Part shown: piece after piece, positions 27,805 through 32,000 of the stretch
How the letters are laid out: each line of letters opens with the position of its first letter
Numbering within the stretch: the stretch's first letter is position 1
Assembly: GCF_000260965.1 (NCBI RefSeq)
Contig: NC_017856.1
Span: 780,001 to 812,000 of the forward strand
DNA length: 32,000 bases
Source of the DNA: Methylophaga frappieri
Lineage (GTDB): Bacteria; Pseudomonadota; Gammaproteobacteria; Nitrosococcales; Methylophagaceae
Reading direction: 5' to 3'
Notes under the pieces: model-generated
Told to the model about the DNA's origin: nothing
What the model saw: the letters and a program-made list of their open reading frames with translations, nothing else
The model's database searches: none
Position numbers and translations under genes: made by a program

Positions 27805-29229
27805 ATGAAACTGCGTTTAATAACGGCTTTAATCGGTGTCAGCCTGGTCGCCAGTGGCTGTGCCTCATTTCGTGATTATGAAGCGCCGGAGGCCCCTGAG
27901 TCTCTGCAACAGCTTGACCTGGAGCAGGCAGATAATGCCCGTATCGAGGCGAACACCGCGCCGGTCATTGAATGGTGGGATGAGTTCAGTGACCCACGCT
28001 TATCCAGTCTGGTTGAACAGGCGCTGGAGGCCAATCCGGATGTCCGCATTGCTTACGCTAATTTGCAGGAAGCCAGAGCATTGAGCCGAGAAGTCGGTTA
28101 TGACCGTCAACCTTCGGTGAATGCCGCGGCAGATGCGTCCAGAAACCTGAACTCTCAGGAAAGCGTCAGCGGTAATAACCTGCCCCGTACCAATAACAAC
28201 TTCCAGGCTGGCTTTGATGCTGGCTGGGAACTGGATTTATTCAATCGCATTTCATCGCGTATTGAAACACAGGCAGCGTTGACCGAGTCAGCACGCGCTG
28301 ATTTGCAGCAGATTTATGTCACCATCGCTGCCGAGGTCGCGCGTGCTTATGTGGAACTGCGCGGTGCCCAGCATCGACTTGATATCGCTGAGCGTAACCA
28401 GCAAAACCAGGCGGAGACTTACGAACTGACTCAGGTGCTGCTGGATGGTGGCCGGGCCACCGCGCTGGATGTATCCAGGGCGGAAACCCAGTTAACGCTG
28501 ACCAAGTCGACCATACCGCCCCTACAGGCAGCAGTGACCGCTGCTATCAATCGTTTATCGGTATTAACCGGCCAGGTGCCGGACGCCCTGCGAGCAGAAC
28601 TATCCGCCAAGCAAGCTTTACCGGAATTACCGGTGACGGTAGCGGTGGGTGACGCGGGTTCGTTATTGAAACGCCGCCCTGATATCCGCTCAGCAGAAAG
28701 AACGCTGGCTGCCAGCGTGTCTTCCTACAATGTCGCCGTCTCGGACTTGTTTCCTACTGTTCGCCTGCTCGGCTCACTGGGCTTTGTCGCCACTAATCTG
28801 AGCAGTTTCGGCACTTCGGCTTTGGCAGGATCAGTCGGACCATCACTGGAATGGCAAGTGTTTAACCGCGATGCCGTCCGCGCCCGGATTGATCAAGCCG
28901 ATGCCCGTAGTCAGGCACAACTCGCCTTTTACGATAAAACCGTATTAGCCGCACTGGAAGAGACCCAGACTGCCGTCAGCGATTTTGCCCGTGAGGAAGA
29001 GCGTCGTGCCACTTTGCAACAGGCAGCCAAGTCAGCCTTGCATTCTGCAGAACTCGCAAGACAGCGCTTTGACGAGGGTTATGATGATTTTCTTGATGTG
29101 CTGGATGCCGAAAGAACGCTGCTGGAAACCGAAGACACCCTGGCCAATAGTGAGATCAGCGCGGTATTAAATCTGATAGCGATATACAAAGCGCTGGGTG
29201 GTGGCTGGCAGGTCAAAGCTAAGAGCTGA
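27805..29229 (+). CDS. RND efflux outer-membrane factor lipoprotein (NodT/OprM family)
   Basis: Signal plus lipobox LVASGC, the EWWDEFSDPRLSSLVEQAL motif, and the C-terminal YKALGGGW. The ATG directly follows the RND TAA. Confidence 0.93.
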   Translation: MKLRLITALIGVSLVASGCASFRDYEAPEAPESLQQLDLEQADNARIEANTAPVIEWWDEFSDPRLSSLVEQALEANPDVRIAYANLQEARALSREVGYDRQPSVNAAADASRNLNSQESVSGNNLPRTNNNFQAGFDAGWELDLFNRISSRIETQAALTESARADLQQIYVTIAAEVARAYVELRGAQHRLDIAERNQQNQAETYELTQVLLDGGRATALDVSRAETQLTLTKSTIPPLQAAVTAAINRLSVLTGQVPDALRAELSAKQALPELPVTVAVGDAGSLLKRRPDIRSAERTLAASVSSYNVAVSDLFPTVRLLGSLGFVATNLSSFGTSALAGSVGPSLEWQVFNRDAVRARIDQADARSQAQLAFYDKTVLAALEETQTAVSDFAREEERRATLQQAAKSALHSAELARQRFDEGYDDFLDVLDAERTLLETEDTLANSEISAVLNLIAIYKALGGGWQVKAKS

Positions 29230-29240
29230 GAACTGCCACT

Positions 29241-29274
29241 GCCGGTTTTTGTCATTAAAACAGGCGCTTTTTTG
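29241..29274 (+). terminator. Candidate Rho-independent terminator after the RND operon
   Basis: GCCGGTTTT (29241-29249) pairs with AAAACAGGC (29257-29265) in 8 of 9 positions, with a 7-nt loop, followed by GC then T6 (29268-29273). The stem is A/U-rich, so it is only moderately convincing. Confidence 0.5.
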
Positions 29275-29423
29275 TAGCATCAGACAATAAGCCTGCAGTT
29301 TCAGGCAAGCGTTGTTGCTGTGCTGAATCTACAATCGTGCAGGTAAGTGAGTGAAACAGAAGCTGATTTTAGCTCAACGATGATCAGTGTGCTTTGTTTT
29401 AAGCGGAGTATAAGTCTTTAATT

Positions 29424-30359
29424 ATGCAGCAATCAGCAATCCAGACCAGTGATAAAGATGACAGCGCCCAGGCCCGTGCCCGGCTGGCGGAGCTAATTGC
29501 CCGCTACGCACCGCATGATGGTCTGTTTGATTTGCCCCTGCCCGGTGTCCATCTGCTGAGAACGTCAACGCAGGAAACCAATCCCACCCGCGCGGTCACC
29601 AAGCCGGGCATGTGCATTATCGCTCAGGGTGCGAAGCGTGTACTGATTGGCCAGGATGTCTACGATTACGATAACTCGCGGATGGCGGTTTACTCTACCG
29701 AAGTGCCGGTATCGGCGAAGATCGTCAAAGCCAGTGAAGCCGAACCCTATCTGTGCCTGATCGTCGATATCGAGCCACAAAAACTGGCTGAACTGACCAT
29801 GAAGGCCTTCCCAAATGGTCTGCCCAGGGTGCAGCATCCGCGCGCCTTGTTTATCGGTCAGGCAAATCCAAAAATTGTCGAAGCGGGCAGTCGTCTGCTG
29901 GAATTGTTATGTCAGCCAGACGATGCCGAATTTTTGCAGCCGCTGATTACTGATGAAATCTTTATTCGCCTGCTGCGCAGCGAAATTGGTGCTTTAGTAG
30001 CACAAATAGCCAGCACTGATTCGAATTTGCAACGCGTATCCAAAGCCATTCGCTGGTTAAGAACACACTTCAAAGAGCCAATGAAAGTAGATGATCTCGC
30101 CAATCTCAGTAATATGAGCGTGTCCGCCTTTCATCATCATTTCAAAACCGTCACCAGTATGACACCGTTGCAGTTTCAGAAAGAGTTGCGCCTACATGAG
30201 GCTAAACAAGTCATGCTCAACCGGATGATGGATGTCAGTACGGCCTGCATGCATGTAGGCTATTCCAGTGTTTCACAATTTAGCCGTGAGTACAGCAGAT
30301 TGTTTGGCGTTTCGCCAAGGCAACATGCTAAGGCAAACGTGGATAGCGCCTTGATGTAA
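29424..30359 (+). CDS. AraC-family transcriptional regulator (N-terminal AraC_N-type sensor domain)
   Basis: C-terminal double HTH: KVDDLANLSNMSVSAFHHHFKTVTSMTPLQFQKELRLHEAKQVM...VGYSSVSQFSREYSRLFGVSP. Confidence 0.9.
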   Translation: MQQSAIQTSDKDDSAQARARLAELIARYAPHDGLFDLPLPGVHLLRTSTQETNPTRAVTKPGMCIIAQGAKRVLIGQDVYDYDNSRMAVYSTEVPVSAKIVKASEAEPYLCLIVDIEPQKLAELTMKAFPNGLPRVQHPRALFIGQANPKIVEAGSRLLELLCQPDDAEFLQPLITDEIFIRLLRSEIGALVAQIASTDSNLQRVSKAIRWLRTHFKEPMKVDDLANLSNMSVSAFHHHFKTVTSMTPLQFQKELRLHEAKQVMLNRMMDVSTACMHVGYSSVSQFSREYSRLFGVSPRQHAKANVDSALM

Positions 30360-31464
30360 TGATCGGCAATAATCTGGGTAATCCTGACCATGCAATCAAG
30401 TGATGACTTATTCGGCAGCCTAGTCCACCAAGTTCATCAATCAGACGGTCCCAACAAGTTTCGACATGAAACAACGAAGGCTGAAAATTGTTGTCATCTG
30501 GCTTCTTCTGAAACAGCATTTCCAATCGGCTTTCTGTGACTCTTGTTTCAGAAAAAGCATGCGTTAACTGATTTCCGACAGCATTAATCATCATGGTGCC
30601 GTCACGGGTTTTCATCACCGCTTTACACCGGTCTGGTTTGGTTATATGACACCATTTCATTAACGCTAGTGAATCAAAGTACCAGTCATCGGCAAACCGC
30701 CAACCAAAGCTGAACCATCCATCCAATTCCTGTGTTTCGGCTAACCACCCCTTTTCTGATATCGGTGTCTCGTTTAATTCAAATGGAGTGATTAAGGCTG
30801 AGTGAGTCCATTTCGTCTGTCTGGACTTGGCTATTGGGCTCAGCCAGGCCAGTTTAATCTCACCTTGCTCACAATCGTATATTGGGAAATCCTGTAAATT
30901 CATCGCTTTGAGCGTTTTGTGCATTTGGAAGAAATCAGCTGCATCGGATAAATCTGTTTTATTGACAACCAGTGCGTCAGCAATCCGCAACTGTTGTTGA
31001 AACACCGCATGCTCGATATACCGTGTATCTCTAAAATGACGTGCATCGACAAGCGTGATGGTTGCTCGAATATCCAACAGCCCTTGATAATCGGGACCAC
31101 GCAATGTCGCGATGACCTCTTTGGGATGTCCTAGTCCGCTAGGTTCAATAATCAGACGATCCCATTTTCGAATTCTTAATAATTGATTTAAGGCGACTTG
31201 CATTGGTAATACGGCAGTACAGCACATACAGCCACCCACAACCTCGCGAATTTCAATCTGACTTTTTTGATTGGCCTGGCTGGTTAGCAATTGTCGATCA
31301 ATGCCAACTTTGCCAAACTCATTGATGAGGATCGCCCAATGCTCATTATCGGGCTTTTGTTTTAACAATTGCTGAATTGCAGAGGTTTTACCTACTCCAA
31401 GAAACCCGGTAATCACGTTAGTGGCAACACCACGTTGAATGCGACCGAGTGTCAATTTCGTCAT
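30328..31464 (-). CDS. COG0523/CobW-family G3E GTPase (putative metallochaperone)
   Basis: Walker A VITGFLGVGKTS, the metal-binding GGCMCC (CxCC) motif, IIEPSGLGHP, and NKTD. I chose the start at MTKLTLG (31464); the ORF track begins at 31515. The 3' end overlaps the AraC 3' end by 32 nt. Confidence 0.88.
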   Translation of the reverse strand: MTKLTLGRIQRGVATNVITGFLGVGKTSAIQQLLKQKPDNEHWAILINEFGKVGIDRQLLTSQANQKSQIEIREVVGGCMCCTAVLPMQVALNQLLRIRKWDRLIIEPSGLGHPKEVIATLRGPDYQGLLDIRATITLVDARHFRDTRYIEHAVFQQQLRIADALVVNKTDLSDAADFFQMHKTLKAMNLQDFPIYDCEQGEIKLAWLSPIAKSRQTKWTHSALITPFELNETPISEKGWLAETQELDGWFSFGWRFADDWYFDSLALMKWCHITKPDRCKAVMKTRDGTMMINAVGNQLTHAFSETRVTESRLEMLFQKKPDDNNFQPSLFHVETCWDRLIDELGGLGCRISHHLIAWSGLPRLLPIITSRRYPRLP

Positions 31465-31567
31465 CTTAAATTTGTATTTATTTGAATACGGTAATGGCCT
31501 GGGCAAGTCGACCAATCTCGCTGGATAGAGACTATATCGACTTAAAAAAGCTGACTCTAACTGTCAT

Positions 31568-32000
31568 TTAATGTGAGAAAGCCCCATGAACGTTATGAAG
31601 CTGCAAGCGTGCTTCAGTTGCCTCGCTTTTCGCCAAACCATAATTACTCAAGCGGAGACTATAAAAGCGATCAAAATAGTCTTGGATATGGCCTTCAATA
31701 TTTCGGTCATAGCCCACATTAAGTGCCAAGGTTTTACCTGCCGCACTCACCATTATTTCTCCATTATCCAGTACTAATTGACCATTTTTAAATACTTTCT
31801 CTGCCCGCCGAAACATGGCTGCTTTATCTGCTTGCTCACGATAAATTGCGATATCTGCTTTCGCTCCTGGTTTAAGATGCCCCCGATCTGTCTGACCTAA
31901 TAATTTCGATGGGGCAGCACGTGTCATAATCGCAATATCGTTAAGACTGTACTCGCGTTTAATTTCTTTGAGTAACGTCATTTCCGCAATATCGGGATGC
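31568..32000 (-). CDS. C-terminal part of a formylmethanofuran dehydrogenase subunit A-like / formyltransferase-hydrolase FhcA-like amidohydrolase; the gene continues past the right edge
   Basis: The frame stays open to the window end (...HPDIAEMTLLKEIK...). AIMTRAAPSKLLGQTDRGHLKPGAKADIAIY resembles the C-terminal region I recall for FwdA/FhcA-type proteins. This assignment rests on recollection, not a search. Confidence 0.55.
   Translation of the reverse strand, partial: HPDIAEMTLLKEIKREYSLNDIAIMTRAAPSKLLGQTDRGHLKPGAKADIAIYREQADKAAMFRRAEKVFKNGQLVLDNGEIMVSAAGKTLALNVGYDRNIEGHIQDYFDRFYSLRLSNYGLAKSEATEARLQLHNVHGAFSH

Noticed and set aside
1-32000. Scan for CRISPR arrays, tRNA/rRNA genes, IS/transposase/integrase genes, prophage genes, toxin-antitoxin pairs or known defence-system domains
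   Set aside because: Every ORF over about 90 aa is accounted for by polysaccharide, efflux, regulatory or metabolic families. I saw no regularly spaced direct repeats, no cloverleaf-like intergenic segments and no terminal inverted repeats flanking any block. The compositional shifts at about 0.4, 11.1 and 20 kb have no associated mobility genes in this window.

Overview
About 20 kb (1-19.9 kb) is a surface-polysaccharide (O-antigen/EPS-type) locus encoded entirely on the minus strand. The other 12 kb carries a zinc alcohol dehydrogenase, a LysR/MFS pair, a tripartite RND efflux operon, an AraC regulator, a COG0523 GTPase and the 3' end of an FhcA/FwdA-like gene. That last gene hints at a methylotrophic gammaproteobacterium, but this is inference only. 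The polysaccharide locus has two modules. The first is a higher-GC precursor module: rfbB-A-C-D, a capD/wbpM-like dehydratase, glmS and ugd. The second is a visibly AT-rich variable module with overlapping or abutting start/stop codons, headed by an EPS-type MarR regulator. It encodes a DegT aminotransferase, a pyruvyl-transferase-family protein, a WbqC-family protein, a GNAT, Wzx, four glycosyltransferases (one WecF-like GT56) and a small SDR, and it ends at manB. I saw no CRISPR array, tRNA/rRNA, transposase, integrase, prophage or recognisable defence or toxin-antitoxin system, and I cannot point to a convincing wholly new system. The observations most worth a second look are: (1) a GT2 gene split exactly at an A_AAA_AAA slippery heptamer followed by a 0-frame TGA; (2) the aminotransferase / pyruvyl-transferase-like / WbqC / GNAT cassette, whose product is not predictable from known pathways; (3) an ECA-like GT56 arrangement outside its usual enterobacterial context; (4) a broken small gene at 2183-2609; (5) a perfect palindrome and a long 14-bp-stem inverted repeat in the leader of the variable module.
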